From an uncultured Clostridia bacterium (GTDB taxonomy: Bacteria > Bacillota > Clostridia > TANB77 > CAG-508), in NCBI GenBank assembly GCA_944387395.1, contig CALXEU010000017.1:92-64091 (forward strand): 64,000 nt of DNA, in the 5' to 3' direction. Shown here piece by piece: positions 18,205 through 27,668 of the stretch (the first letter of the stretch is position 1; the number at the start of each line of letters is the position of its first letter). Both the position numbers and the translations under genes were made by a program. The notes below the pieces were generated by a model. That model made no database searches. It was not told the DNA's origin and worked only from the letters and a program-made list of their open reading frames with translations.

Positions 18205-19587
18205 TTAAAATTCTATTTTTTCTTCAATCCATTTTGATACATCGTTTATATCTATTCTTACTTGTTCCATCGTGTCTCTGTCTCTTATTGTTACTTTATT
18301 ATCTTCTAATGTATCAAAATCTATTGTTACACAATATGGTGTTCCTATTTCGTCTTCACGTCTATAACGTTTTCCAATACTTCCAGCCTCATCGTAATCA
18401 CACATAAATTTCTTTGATAACATTTCATATACTTCCTGTGATTTTTCAGATAATTTTTTAGAAAGTGGTAATACTGCAACTTTGTAAGGTGCTAATGCTG
18501 GATGTAAATGTAATACAACTCTGGTATCTCCTTCTGCTATTTCTTGCTCTTCATAGGCATTGCATAAGAACGCAAGAGTTACTCTATCGCATCCTAAAGA
18601 TGGTTCTATTACATATGGTGTATATTTTTCGTTTGTTTCTGGATCTTGGTATGATAAGTCTTGTTTTGAATGTTCCATGTGTCTTGTTAAATCATAATCT
18701 GTTCTATCTGCAATTCCCCATAATTCTCCCCATCCAAATGGGAATGCAAATTCTATATCTGTGGTTGCTTTGCTGTAAAATACTAGTTCTTCTTTGCTGT
18801 GATCACGTAGTCTAATATTTTCTTCATTCATTCCTAAACTTATTAAAAAGTTTTTGCAGTAGTCTTTCCAGTATTTAAACCATTCTAAATCAGTATTTGG
18901 TTTGCAGAAGAATTCTAATTCCATTTGCTCGAATTCTCTTGTTCTAAATGTAAAGTTTCCAGGTGTAATTTCGTTTCTAAAAGCTTTTCCTATTTGAGCT
19001 ATTCCCATAGGTAGCTTTCTTCTTGTTGTTCTCATTACATTCTTGAAGTTTACAAATATTCCTTGTGCTGTTTCTGGTCTTAAATATATTTGTGATGTTG
19101 AGTCTTCTGTAACTCCTTGGAATGTTTTGAACATTAGATTAAATTTTCTAATTCCTGTAAAGTTCTCTTTTCCACAGTTTGGGCATGCTATGTGATGGTC
19201 TTTCATGTATGAAATCATTTTTTCATCTTCCCATCCATCTACTATTTCTTCACAATTATGTTCATGCATCCATTCTTCTATTAATTTATCTGCTCTATGT
19301 CTTGTTTTACATTCTTTGCAATCTATTAACGGATCACTAAAACCTGCTACGTGCCCAGTTGCAACCCATGTTTCTGGATTCATAAAAATTGCAGCATCTA
19401 GTCCTACATTATACTTGTTTTCTTGAATAAATTTCTTTCTCCATGCATTTTTTACATTGTTTTTTAGCTCAACTCCCAATGGGCCGTAATCCCATGTATT
19501 TGCAAGTCCTCCGTATATTTCAGAACCTGGATATATAAATCCTCTAGTTTTGCAAAGTGCTACTATTTTGTCCATGTTTTCTACCAT
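18205..19587 (-). CDS. glyQS: glycine--tRNA ligase (homodimeric class II GlyQS)
   Basis: N-terminus [23 protein letters not shown] is typical of alpha2 GlyRS. Length 460 aa. RBS GGAGGA. Confidence 0.9.
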   Translation of the reverse strand: MVENMDKIVALCKTRGFIYPGSEIYGGLANTWDYGPLGVELKNNVKNAWRKKFIQENKYNVGLDAAIFMNPETWVATGHVAGFSDPLIDCKECKTRHRADKLIEEWMHEHNCEEIVDGWEDEKMISYMKDHHIACPNCGKENFTGIRKFNLMFKTFQGVTEDSTSQIYLRPETAQGIFVNFKNVMRTTRRKLPMGIAQIGKAFRNEITPGNFTFRTREFEQMELEFFCKPNTDLEWFKYWKDYCKNFLISLGMNEENIRLRDHSKEELVFYSKATTDIEFAFPFGWGELWGIADRTDYDLTRHMEHSKQDLSYQDPETNEKYTPYVIEPSLGCDRVTLAFLCNAYEEQEIAEGDTRVVLHLHPALAPYKVAVLPLSKKLSEKSQEVYEMLSKKFMCDYDEAGSIGKRYRREDEIGTPYCVTIDFDTLEDNKVTIRDRDTMEQVRIDINDVSKWIEEKIEF

Positions 19588-19803
19588 TGTATTATCCTCC
19601 TACAATATTAAAAATTGATTTATTAAATGATAAATTTCAATTTTACTTTATTCTCTAAATTCACATACATTATATTACCATTATTTTGGTGTAAAATCAA
19701 TATTTTTGAGGGATTTGATTATAAAATAAAATTATCATTCATTCTATACTCTTATGTTTACTCAAATTAGTCTAAAATGTATTTCAAAAATTATACACAT
19801 ACC

Positions 19804-19834
19804 TGTGGATAATGTGGATAACTTTGTGGATAAC
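19804..19834. promoter_or_regulatory. cluster of three perfect DnaA boxes (TGTGGATAA = TTATCCACA), same orientation
   Basis: Exact 9-mers at 19804, 19814 and 19826. They sit in the recG-glyQS intergenic region, ~115 bp upstream of a TTGATT-17-TAATAT glyQS promoter (about 19660-19692, minus strand). Confidence 0.6.
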
Positions 19835-19962
19835 TTTATTATCAAGGTTTTAGGTGTAACGAGTTATACACATTTTTATGTATAATTAATTTATGGAAAC
19901 ATTAATCAATCTTTTTTTAATCTATTATGTCGATTTTTAGAACAAAAATTTGTATTTTGTTA

Positions 19963-22011
19963 TTAAAGCTCTATTTTTTCTTCTCTTAACTTATTTACTA
20001 GTTTTTTTAGCTTTGCATTTTCTTCATTTTTCAATTCTGGATCTTCGTTTTCTATTTGTATTGCAAGAGCCTGTGCTATTTTTAATAATTCTATATCTTC
20101 AAATATATTTGCTATTTTAAATTCAGGTAGTCCATGTTGCTTTGTTCCAAAAAATTCACCTGAACCTCTTAATTCTAAGTCTTTTTCTGCAATTTTAAAT
20201 CCATCGTCTGTTTTTACCATAGTTTCCATTCTTTGTCTAATTATATTTGAATTACCTTCGTACTTCAATACACAATATGATTTAAACTCTCCTCTTCCAA
20301 CTCTACCTCTAAGTTGATGAAGTTGTGCTAACCCAAATCTTTCTGCATTTTCTATAACCATTATATTTGCATTTGGAACATCTACTCCTACCTCTATTAC
20401 AGTTGTAGAAATTAATATACTTATTTTATTTTCCTTAAAGTCCTGCATAACTTTTTCTTTATCTTTCGGTTTCATTTTTCCATGTAATATTTCGACATTG
20501 TAATCTTTAAAAACTTCTTCCTTGTATGTTTTAGCAAGCTTCTCCACAGATTTTATATCTTCCATTTCTTCATTTTCATCTACAAATGGGCAAACAATAT
20601 ATGCTTGTCTTCCTTCATCTACGTTTTTCTTTATAAAATTATTTATTCTTTCTGTCATATTACTTTTTACAGCAATAGTGTCTATTTTTTTTCTATTTGG
20701 TGGAAGTTCATCTATAATAGATATATCCAAATCTCCATATACTATTATTGCTAGTGTTCGTGGTATTGGTGTTGCAGTCATTACTAAAACATCTGGATTT
20801 TCGCCTTTTGCCGCAATTGTTGCTCTTTGCTTTACTCCGAACCTGTGTTGCTCATCTGTTACAACTAAACCTAAATTTTTAAATTCAACATTTTCTTCTA
20901 GCAGGGCATGAGTTCCTATTATAATATCTATTTCTCCATTTTTTAGCTTATTTAATACTGTTTCTTTTTGTTTTTTAGTAAGACTGCTTATTAATAATTC
21001 GCATTTTATTCCATATTTTTCTAATATTTTGTTAAAGTTTACTATGTGCTGACTTGCAAGTATTGTAGTCGGTGCCATTATTGCAACCTGATACCCTGAT
21101 TTTACTGCCTTATAGCTTGCAATTATTGAAACTACAGTTTTTCCTGAACCAACATCACCTTGAAGAAGCCTGTTCATTGGCTTTTGAGATTCCATGTCTT
21201 TGTCTATATCTTCTAGTACTCTTAGTTGTGCTTTAGTAAGTTTAAATGGTAGTTCATTTATTACATCTGACATATAAACATCTTTACTATATTGTATTCC
21301 TCTTTTTTCACTTTTATATTGACTTTTTAAACTCATTAAGGCTAGTTCAAATGTTAAAAGTTCTTCAAATGCCAGTCTTTTTCTAGCATTTTTTATATCT
21401 TCTATTTTATTAGGAAAATGAATTTTCTGTATTGCATTTGTTTTTTCCATAAAACTATATTTTTTCTTTATGTATTCTGGAAGTGGATCTTCTACTTGCA
21501 TTTCAATCATTTGCAAAGCATTTTCCATAGCTTGTCTTATTGCAGTCTGTGAAAGATTTTTAGTTGTTGGATAAACAGGCATAATTTTACTTGTGTTTTT
21601 ATTTTCTCCTTCTTCATCAAATATAGGTGTATCCATTTCTGTTTTTCCAGATTTCTTTATAACTTTACCATAAAATTTATAAACTTCATGTGGTTTTATT
21701 CTTGTTTTTACATAGTCTTGATTAAACCATGTAACCTGCATTTTTCCCGTACCATCTTCTACTAGTAATTTAGATATAGACATATTTTTCCTTATTCTGT
21801 ATGAAGTTACACCTGTTACAGCAACAGCTTTCACTAATGCAGTTTCTCCGTCTTGCAATTCTTCTATTTTTTTAATGTTTGTTCTATCTTCATATGTTCT
21901 AGGATAATAATTTATTAAATCTTCTATTGTAAATATTCCTAGTCCATTTAGTAACTTTGCTCTATTAGGTCCTATTCCTTTTAAATATTGAACATTTTGT
22001 TTTAAATCCAT
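19963..22011 (-). CDS. recG: ATP-dependent DNA helicase RecG
   Basis: Wedge/OB domain followed by SF2 helicase motifs (GDVGSGKT, DEQHRFG, VMTATPIPRT). Confidence 0.9.
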   Translation of the reverse strand: MDLKQNVQYLKGIGPNRAKLLNGLGIFTIEDLINYYPRTYEDRTNIKKIEELQDGETALVKAVAVTGVTSYRIRKNMSISKLLVEDGTGKMQVTWFNQDYVKTRIKPHEVYKFYGKVIKKSGKTEMDTPIFDEEGENKNTSKIMPVYPTTKNLSQTAIRQAMENALQMIEMQVEDPLPEYIKKKYSFMEKTNAIQKIHFPNKIEDIKNARKRLAFEELLTFELALMSLKSQYKSEKRGIQYSKDVYMSDVINELPFKLTKAQLRVLEDIDKDMESQKPMNRLLQGDVGSGKTVVSIIASYKAVKSGYQVAIMAPTTILASQHIVNFNKILEKYGIKCELLISSLTKKQKETVLNKLKNGEIDIIIGTHALLEENVEFKNLGLVVTDEQHRFGVKQRATIAAKGENPDVLVMTATPIPRTLAIIVYGDLDISIIDELPPNRKKIDTIAVKSNMTERINNFIKKNVDEGRQAYIVCPFVDENEEMEDIKSVEKLAKTYKEEVFKDYNVEILHGKMKPKDKEKVMQDFKENKISILISTTVIEVGVDVPNANIMVIENAERFGLAQLHQLRGRVGRGEFKSYCVLKYEGNSNIIRQRMETMVKTDDGFKIAEKDLELRGSGEFFGTKQHGLPEFKIANIFEDIELLKIAQALAIQIENEDPELKNEENAKLKKLVNKLREEKIEL

Positions 22012-22154
22012 AATAATTTTTCCTTTAAACCGTATTATTCACTTATCATGGAATAATAATATCACAAACAATTGTTTTTGTCTAGTAGTTTATTTTTAAC
22101 AAAAAGATTACTAGTCTGCATATTCTTTTTATACGCAAACTAGTAACTATTATT

Positions 22155-23012
22155 TTATTTTAAATATATATTTGGATCAACATTCTTTCCATTTTCTTTT
22201 ATTTCAAAATGAAGATGTGTTTCGTCTGCAATTTCAAATGTTGCTGTATTTCCAACTGTACCTATAGAATCTCCTTGTTTTACTTCTTCACCAACTGTAA
22301 CAAATTCACTGCTTAATAAACTTGAATATATACTTTCAAAGCCACCTGTATGTTCTATTACAATTGTTAATCCATAACGAGGATCATTTTTTATTGATTT
22401 TATAATTCCATCTGCTGATGCTTTTACAACTTCTGTTTTATTAGCTGCAAAGTCTATTCCTAAGTGAGTTGTCCATTCTTCTAAGGTATTTGAATAAATT
22501 AGATTATCTTTTGCATAATCTTTTATTTTCTCTCCGCTAACAGGAAATGTAAAACTTGGAACTTGGCTTTCTTCGTTATTTTCTTCCACTTTTTCTTCTT
22601 CTTCTGCTTCTGTATTTTCTACAGTCTCATTTTCTTCATTTACTTCCTCTTTATTTTCTGTGTTAGTAGATGTTGTTTCTGTTTGTTCATTACTTACTGT
22701 ATTTTCTATAATGCTTGTATTTACAGCTACTTTTGTGTCGTTTTCTAATTCATTTACAGTTTTTCCTATTGAGCTACTTGCTTCTTCTGCATTTTCATAT
22801 ACACTTAATAAATTTATTGAATTTGCAACTTCATTTTTAGCTGCTATTTGTCCCTCATTACCAGTACTTGATTTTGCATTTTTTCTTAATGTATTACTAT
22901 ATAATACATAAGACAATATAAATGCTCCGACTATTACAAATACTATACTTGCTAGTACTATAATATTAATTTTATTTTCTTCACTATTAAACCTATTTTT
23001 TCTTCTATTCAT
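22155..23012 (-). CDS. membrane-anchored M23 family metallopeptidase (LytM domain; SpoIIQ-like architecture)
   Basis: N-terminal TM helix and an acidic linker. The C-terminal LytM domain keeps intact HxxxD (HLGID) and HxH (HLHFEI). Confidence 0.6.
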   Translation of the reverse strand: MNRRKNRFNSEENKINIIVLASIVFVIVGAFILSYVLYSNTLRKNAKSSTGNEGQIAAKNEVANSINLLSVYENAEEASSSIGKTVNELENDTKVAVNTSIIENTVSNEQTETTSTNTENKEEVNEENETVENTEAEEEEKVEENNEESQVPSFTFPVSGEKIKDYAKDNLIYSNTLEEWTTHLGIDFAANKTEVVKASADGIIKSIKNDPRYGLTIVIEHTGGFESIYSSLLSSEFVTVGEEVKQGDSIGTVGNTATFEIADETHLHFEIKENGKNVDPNIYLK

Positions 23013-23116
23013 ATAAAAATCCTCCTCAATATTTATTGTTTAGAGTATTTCCATATTTTCTAGTTTTATACATTTTACATTAAACTTATAAAACAATTAC
23101 CTTAGAAAAAACTTTC

Positions 23117-24424
23117 TTAAATAAACTTTTTAATATATTCTATTAGAAAGAATGGTATATTTATTATTTTACCATCTTTTGTTAAATTGTTCATAGAGAA
23201 TCTTATAGATATCTCGTTATTATATTTTTCATTATACCTAGTTAAACTTATATTATTGGTTGATTTATTTGACTTTACTTCTATTGGAATTATCCTATTT
23301 TTGTTTTGTATAATAAAATCTATTTCATGTCTATCAAAAGTAAAATAATTTGGCACTTCATCAAATGTAACATTTAACATATTTAATACATAATTTTCTG
23401 TAAAAGCTCCTTTAAATTCTCTAAATAATTTATCTCCTTCTACTACTATTCTGCTATCTAAATTTGACATTTTTCTAAGTAGGCCTACATCGTTCATATA
23501 AATTTTAAATGAACTTAAATCATCATATGCCTTTAGAGGAAAATCTGTTTTTGTTACATTATATATTTTATAAATTAAATTTGCATCATTTAACCAATTT
23601 AGAGCATTCTCATATTCTCTGGCTCTTGCTCCTTCTTTCAGTGTTTGATATAAAAACTTTTTATTCTCTTTTGCAAGCTGAGATGGTATACTATTCCATA
23701 TTAAAGATATTTTATTTGCTTCACTGTTTTGTGTATGTTTTGAAAAATCACTTTCATATGCTCTTAATATATTTTCCTGTACTTTATTTACAAGCTCAAT
23801 ATCTTTTTCCTTTACCCAAATATTAACTGCTTCTGGCATTCCTCCTATTATGAAATATGCTTTTAGCTTTTCTTCTAGTTGATTAAAAAATATATCTGGA
23901 ATATTTTCAATACTTGTTATACTTTTCATATACTCTACTAAATTTTCGCAATTATCTGCAATTAAAAATTCACTAAATGTCATTGGATACATGTTCAAAA
24001 ATTCTACTTTACCTACTGGAAATGAAGTGTGTGATAATCTAATACCTAATAGACTTCCAGCACAAGCTATATGATATTCGTTTGCTTCTTCTTGAAAATA
24101 TTTTAAACTATTCAAAGCATTTGGGCATTCCTGAATTTCGTCAAATATTATTAATGTTTTTTCTGGTAGTATTGCTTTTCCATATATAAAAGATAATTGT
24201 TCTAATATCCTTTTTGGATTTTTTGTATTGTTAAACAAATTATATAAATCTTCATCATGATCAAAGTTAAAATACGCTACACCTTCGTAGTTTTGCTCTC
24301 CAAATTGCTTTAAAATATATGTTTTTCCAATTTGCCTTGCTCCTTTTAAAATTAGCGGTTTTCTGTATTTACTTTCTTTCCATTTTATTAGTTCATTTAA
24401 TATAAATCTTTTCAACAGTATCAT
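23117..24424 (-). CDS. AAA+ ATPase with C-terminal DUF4143-type domain
   Basis: Walker A GARQIGKTY. Overall similarity to the archaeal-ATPase-like 'ATP-binding protein' family. Confidence 0.6.
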   Translation of the reverse strand: MILLKRFILNELIKWKESKYRKPLILKGARQIGKTYILKQFGEQNYEGVAYFNFDHDEDLYNLFNNTKNPKRILEQLSFIYGKAILPEKTLIIFDEIQECPNALNSLKYFQEEANEYHIACAGSLLGIRLSHTSFPVGKVEFLNMYPMTFSEFLIADNCENLVEYMKSITSIENIPDIFFNQLEEKLKAYFIIGGMPEAVNIWVKEKDIELVNKVQENILRAYESDFSKHTQNSEANKISLIWNSIPSQLAKENKKFLYQTLKEGARAREYENALNWLNDANLIYKIYNVTKTDFPLKAYDDLSSFKIYMNDVGLLRKMSNLDSRIVVEGDKLFREFKGAFTENYVLNMLNVTFDEVPNYFTFDRHEIDFIIQNKNRIIPIEVKSNKSTNNISLTRYNEKYNNEISIRFSMNNLTKDGKIINIPFFLIEYIKKFI

Positions 24425-24466
24425 CTCCCAATATTATAAATCTTTATAAAATATATTATACTGTCT

Positions 24467-24562
24467 TTATCACATTTTCGCAAGCTTTTTTCAATATTTT
24501 ATCACACTTTTGCAAGTATTTTTAACTATTTTATCACATATTTGCAAATTTTATAGCTGTTT
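24467..24562. repeat. 3 x 32-bp tandem direct repeat array (core TTATCACAyWTTTGCAAr + T-run)
   Basis: Units start at 24467, 24499 and 24531, an exact 32-bp period. Located between the spoIID stop and the start of the AAA+ ATPase gene. Confidence 0.6.
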
Positions 24563-24578
24563 TATATTAAATCTAATT

Positions 24579-25595
24579 TTAGAAATTTGCATCTTTAACC
24601 TCAACACCAGTATAAAAGTGTTTAATTATATCTTCATATCCGCTTCCACTTTTGGCTAAACTATCTGCTCCTGTTTGACTCATACCAACTCCATGGCCAT
24701 AACCAATTACTTCAAATTTTATATTATCTCCTTCAATTTGAACTGTAAAATTAGCAGACTTAAGAGATAACATACTCCTTACTTCAACACCTGAAAGCTC
24801 TAAATTGCCAAGTTTTAATGTTTTTACTCTATTTCCTTCTGTATATTCTAATATTTGAATGCAATTTTCTTCATCATAATTTATAGAAAATTCTGGATGA
24901 TTCTTTTTTACCATTTCATCTAATTCTGCTTTTGTTAGTATAACTTCCGAAGAATATTGAGTATAACCTTCTTCTCCTGCTGTCTCTACGCTCTGCAAAT
25001 ATGGTAAATCTGCTCCTCCCCATACTACAGAAACATTTTCTGTTTTTCCTCCGCTATTAGCATGAAAAAAAGCATCTATTACTTCATTGTTATATGTAAT
25101 AATTTTTCCCTTTGTTTCATTTACAGCTTTCTCTATTTTGTTCCAGTATTCCTCACGATTTAATTCATCCCATTTACTTAATCTATCTTCTTTATTAATC
25201 CAAGCCTGACAACATGCAGAATTAGTACAAATGTCCGCTCCTTCTGCTTCATGCTTATTTCCATTTTTTATTACATATATTGTATATGTTCTTGCTACAA
25301 CCGCTTGTGCTTTTAAAGCTTCTTGCTCATAACTTGCAGGCATTTCTGCAGACACAACACCTAACAGATATGTATCTAAATCTATTTCTTCTACTTCCAT
25401 TGTATCGTGATGTAATAATTTTATAGTATTAAATTCACCATAATTGTATTGTATTTCCTCATTTACTGTATTTGTTACTGTATTATTTTCTAAAGTTACT
25501 GCTGTATCATATGTTTGAAATTGCTTTGTAAAAATAATTGGAAGTAAAAAAGTAATAAATATCACTCCTAGTGTAATTAATAATAAATTCTTCAT
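24579..25595 (-). CDS. spoIID: stage II sporulation protein D (SpoIID, lytic transglycosylase)
   Basis: SpoIID core LLGVVSAEMP...EALKAQAVVARTY. Start taken at M5 to match the SD-to-ATG spacing seen in the other two copies of the upstream element. The track start is 25607. Confidence 0.8.
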   Translation of the reverse strand: MKNLLLITLGVIFITFLLPIIFTKQFQTYDTAVTLENNTVTNTVNEEIQYNYGEFNTIKLLHHDTMEVEEIDLDTYLLGVVSAEMPASYEQEALKAQAVVARTYTIYVIKNGNKHEAEGADICTNSACCQAWINKEDRLSKWDELNREEYWNKIEKAVNETKGKIITYNNEVIDAFFHANSGGKTENVSVVWGGADLPYLQSVETAGEEGYTQYSSEVILTKAELDEMVKKNHPEFSINYDEENCIQILEYTEGNRVKTLKLGNLELSGVEVRSMLSLKSANFTVQIEGDNIKFEVIGYGHGVGMSQTGADSLAKSGSGYEDIIKHFYTGVEVKDANF

Positions 25596-25607
25596 TATTC
25601 TTCGCAT

Positions 25608-25755
25608 TCCTTCTTAAGGAAAAATTTGATTGGAAAAGAATTAAATTTTGGCTAGGAAAGCAAGTTTTAAATTTATGAGGCGTACTCATTGTACGTTGAT
25701 TAAATTTAAAATGAAGATTGTGGGCGCCAAAATTGTAATTATTTTTCAATCCTTC
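25608..25755 (-). repeat. structured ~150-nt leader-like element, copy A (family of 3), upstream of spoIID
   Basis: About 85% identical to 55157..55315 and 61605..61752. Long closing helix (ATTGAAAAATAATTA...TAATTCTTTTCCAAT, plus ATTTTGGC/GCCAAAAT). Internal hairpin AAATTTA..ACGTAC-loop-GTACGT..TAAATTT. Ends at SD-like GAAGGAATG. Confidence 0.6.
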
Positions 25756-25773
25756 CTCGTTTCATAATTTATA

Positions 25774-26505
25774 TTAACCTACTAATTTTCTTTTCATAGA
25801 AATTAGTATCTTTTTCTCTATTCTAGATACTTGAACTTGGCTTATTCCAAGCTTATTTGCAACTTCCGATTGTGTTTTGCCATAAAAATATCTTAACATA
25901 ACTATTTCTCTTTCTCTTTGAGGTAATTCTTCTATTAACTTATTTATTGTCAATTTATTTGCTATATTTAACTCTTCATCTTTATTATCTGGTATTATTT
26001 CCTCAATTGTACTTTGCTTATTTGAATCTCCACTATTTATTGGTTCGTTAAAAGAAGTTACAATTGTTGCAGAAGTTGCATCTATTGCAGCAGCAATTTC
26101 TTCCTTTGGAACTTTAAGTATTTTTGATATCTCTTCTATTTTTATTTCTTTTCCTTTTTTATCTAAATATTCTTTTTGTATCTGTCTTATCTTGTTAGAT
26201 AATTCTTTTATACTTCGGCTAACTTTTATTGTTCCATCATCTCTTATATATCTTTTTATCTCTCCCATTATAAATGGAACAGCATAGGTTGAAAGTTGAA
26301 CACTAAACTCATTATTAAAATTTTTTATTGATTTTATAAGTCCTATTGTTCCTACTTGTTTTAAATCTTCTAATTCAAACCCTCTACCTATAAATCTTTT
26401 AGCAATATTGTAGACTAGCCCTAAATTATTATCAACAAGGCTAGTCATTGCTTCATTATCTCCCGATTGTGCTTTAGCAATTTCTTCATAAGTGTTATTA
26501 TACAT
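25774..26505 (-). CDS. sigF: RNA polymerase sporulation sigma factor SigF
   Basis: STYAVPFIMGEIKRYIRDDGTIKVSRSIKEL is near-identical to the B. subtilis SigF region 2-3. Third gene of the spoIIA operon. Confidence 0.85.
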   Translation of the reverse strand: MYNNTYEEIAKAQSGDNEAMTSLVDNNLGLVYNIAKRFIGRGFELEDLKQVGTIGLIKSIKNFNNEFSVQLSTYAVPFIMGEIKRYIRDDGTIKVSRSIKELSNKIRQIQKEYLDKKGKEIKIEEISKILKVPKEEIAAAIDATSATIVTSFNEPINSGDSNKQSTIEEIIPDNKDEELNIANKLTINKLIEELPQREREIVMLRYFYGKTQSEVANKLGISQVQVSRIEKKILISMKRKLVG

Positions 26506-26619
26506 ATGCTTTCCTCTCTTTTTATAAATTACTGGACACTTATTTGATTTTTTATGTATTAATTGCTAAATATATTTCTAAATCTATTACTATATATAAT
26601 AAATATGTATTTTTACTTT

Positions 26620-27069
26620 CTATGTTTCTTCTTGCTTTTCCTTATTTATATATTTTTTCATTGTAATTTTTGTACCAATTTCTGGTATTGACTCTACCTT
26701 AAACTCATCCATAAAGCTTTCCATAATTGTAAATCCCATTCCAGATCTTTCTAGGTTTGCTTTTGTTGTATATAAAGGTTTTTTTGCTTGCTCTACATCT
26801 ACAATTCCTTTTCCAGTATCCGAAATCTGTATTTCTATGCTATTATCTTTTAATTTACATTCTATTTTTACTATACCTATTGTATTCTCATATCCATGAA
26901 TTATACAGTTTGTTACCGCCTCAGAAACAGCAGTTTTTATATCTGCAAGTTCATCTATTGTTGGGTCTAATTGAGAGGCAAAAGCTGCAACGCTAATTCT
27001 TGCAAAAGCCTCATTGGTGGATTTACTCGCAAATTCTAATTTCATTTCATTATCATATATTCCTAACAT
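26620..27069 (-). CDS. spoIIAB: anti-sigma F factor SpoIIAB (serine protein kinase)
   Basis: GHKL-type kinase motifs. Sits between the STAS protein and sigF. Confidence 0.85.
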   Translation of the reverse strand: MLGIYDNEMKLEFASKSTNEAFARISVAAFASQLDPTIDELADIKTAVSEAVTNCIIHGYENTIGIVKIECKLKDNSIEIQISDTGKGIVDVEQAKKPLYTTKANLERSGMGFTIMESFMDEFKVESIPEIGTKITMKKYINKEKQEET

Positions 27070-27075
27070 ATTTTT

Positions 27076-27387
27076 TTATCCTCCACTATTGGAATTATTT
27101 TTAATATTCCGGCTTAACTCAAAAATTTTTTCTACTTGCTTATTTGCATTAGTTATTGCAAGTTCTCCTCCCAGCATTTTTATTAGCTTATATCTTCCTA
27201 GTAACATTCCTATTCCTGCACTGTCCATGAAAGTAACGTTACTAAAATCAAATATAGTTTTTCTAGGCAAAAATCTAGTAATTTCATTATCTATCTTCCT
27301 CCTTAGTTTGTCTGTTTGGTTATCATCAATGTCTTCTGAAAGTTTAAAAGTTAAAAGCTTGTCTTTTGGTACATAAATACAATCCAT
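27076..27387 (-). CDS. spoIIAA: anti-sigma F factor antagonist SpoIIAA (STAS domain)
   Basis: STAS fold with the phosphorylatable Ser context (FMDSAGIG). Confidence 0.85.
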   Translation of the reverse strand: MDCIYVPKDKLLTFKLSEDIDDNQTDKLRRKIDNEITRFLPRKTIFDFSNVTFMDSAGIGMLLGRYKLIKMLGGELAITNANKQVEKIFELSRNIKNNSNSGG

Positions 27388-27616
27388 ATTTTCCTCCTTC
27401 GGTTTTAAATTAAGTTGTGTAAAATAATAATTTATTCAACTTATTTCCTTTGTTTTATGCGTTTATTATACTCTCAATTCCATAAAATTCCAATAGCAAA
27501 CATTGACAAGTTTTGTCTTATTTTGAAAAATTTTCGACAAATTTTGAGGGGTCAAATCTAGCTTCGTTAGACATTTTCTCTACTTTTTACATATGAAATT
27601 CAATTTTCTATAATGT

Positions 27617-27655
27617 AAAAATAGAGTAGATATTTAAATCTACTCCATTGTTTTT
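27617..27655. terminator. bidirectional terminator downstream of the S41 protease gene
   Basis: Hairpin GAGTAGAT-n6-ATCTACTC with T-runs on both strands. Confidence 0.55.
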
Positions 27656-27668
27656 ATATATTATTTTT

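Noticed and set aside
19588-19962. T-box leader upstream of glyQS (also checked upstream of metG and the alaS-like gene)
   Set aside because: The glyQS 5' UTR is only ~65 nt from the predicted promoter and no AGGGTGGNACCGCG T-box motif is present. metG and alaS-like have <90-nt upstream gaps. So these aaRS genes appear to lack T-box control.
22012-22154. ACTAGT...ACTAGT and CTAGTA...TACTAG palindromic pairs downstream of the M23 gene
   Set aside because: Short self-complementary hexamers with long AT loops. They are thermodynamically weak and not followed by a clear T-run.
24467-24562. Possible CRISPR array (also considered for the three ~150-nt elements)
   Set aside because: The 32-bp units are degenerate direct repeats with no unique spacers. 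The 150-nt elements are tens of kb apart. No cas genes are present.
25507-25749. 80-aa minus-strand ORF upstream of spoIID (and similar ORFs 55095..55322 -, 55209..55445 +)
   Set aside because: They lie entirely inside copies A and B of the repeated structured element. They are not conserved in frame between copies and have no RBS.
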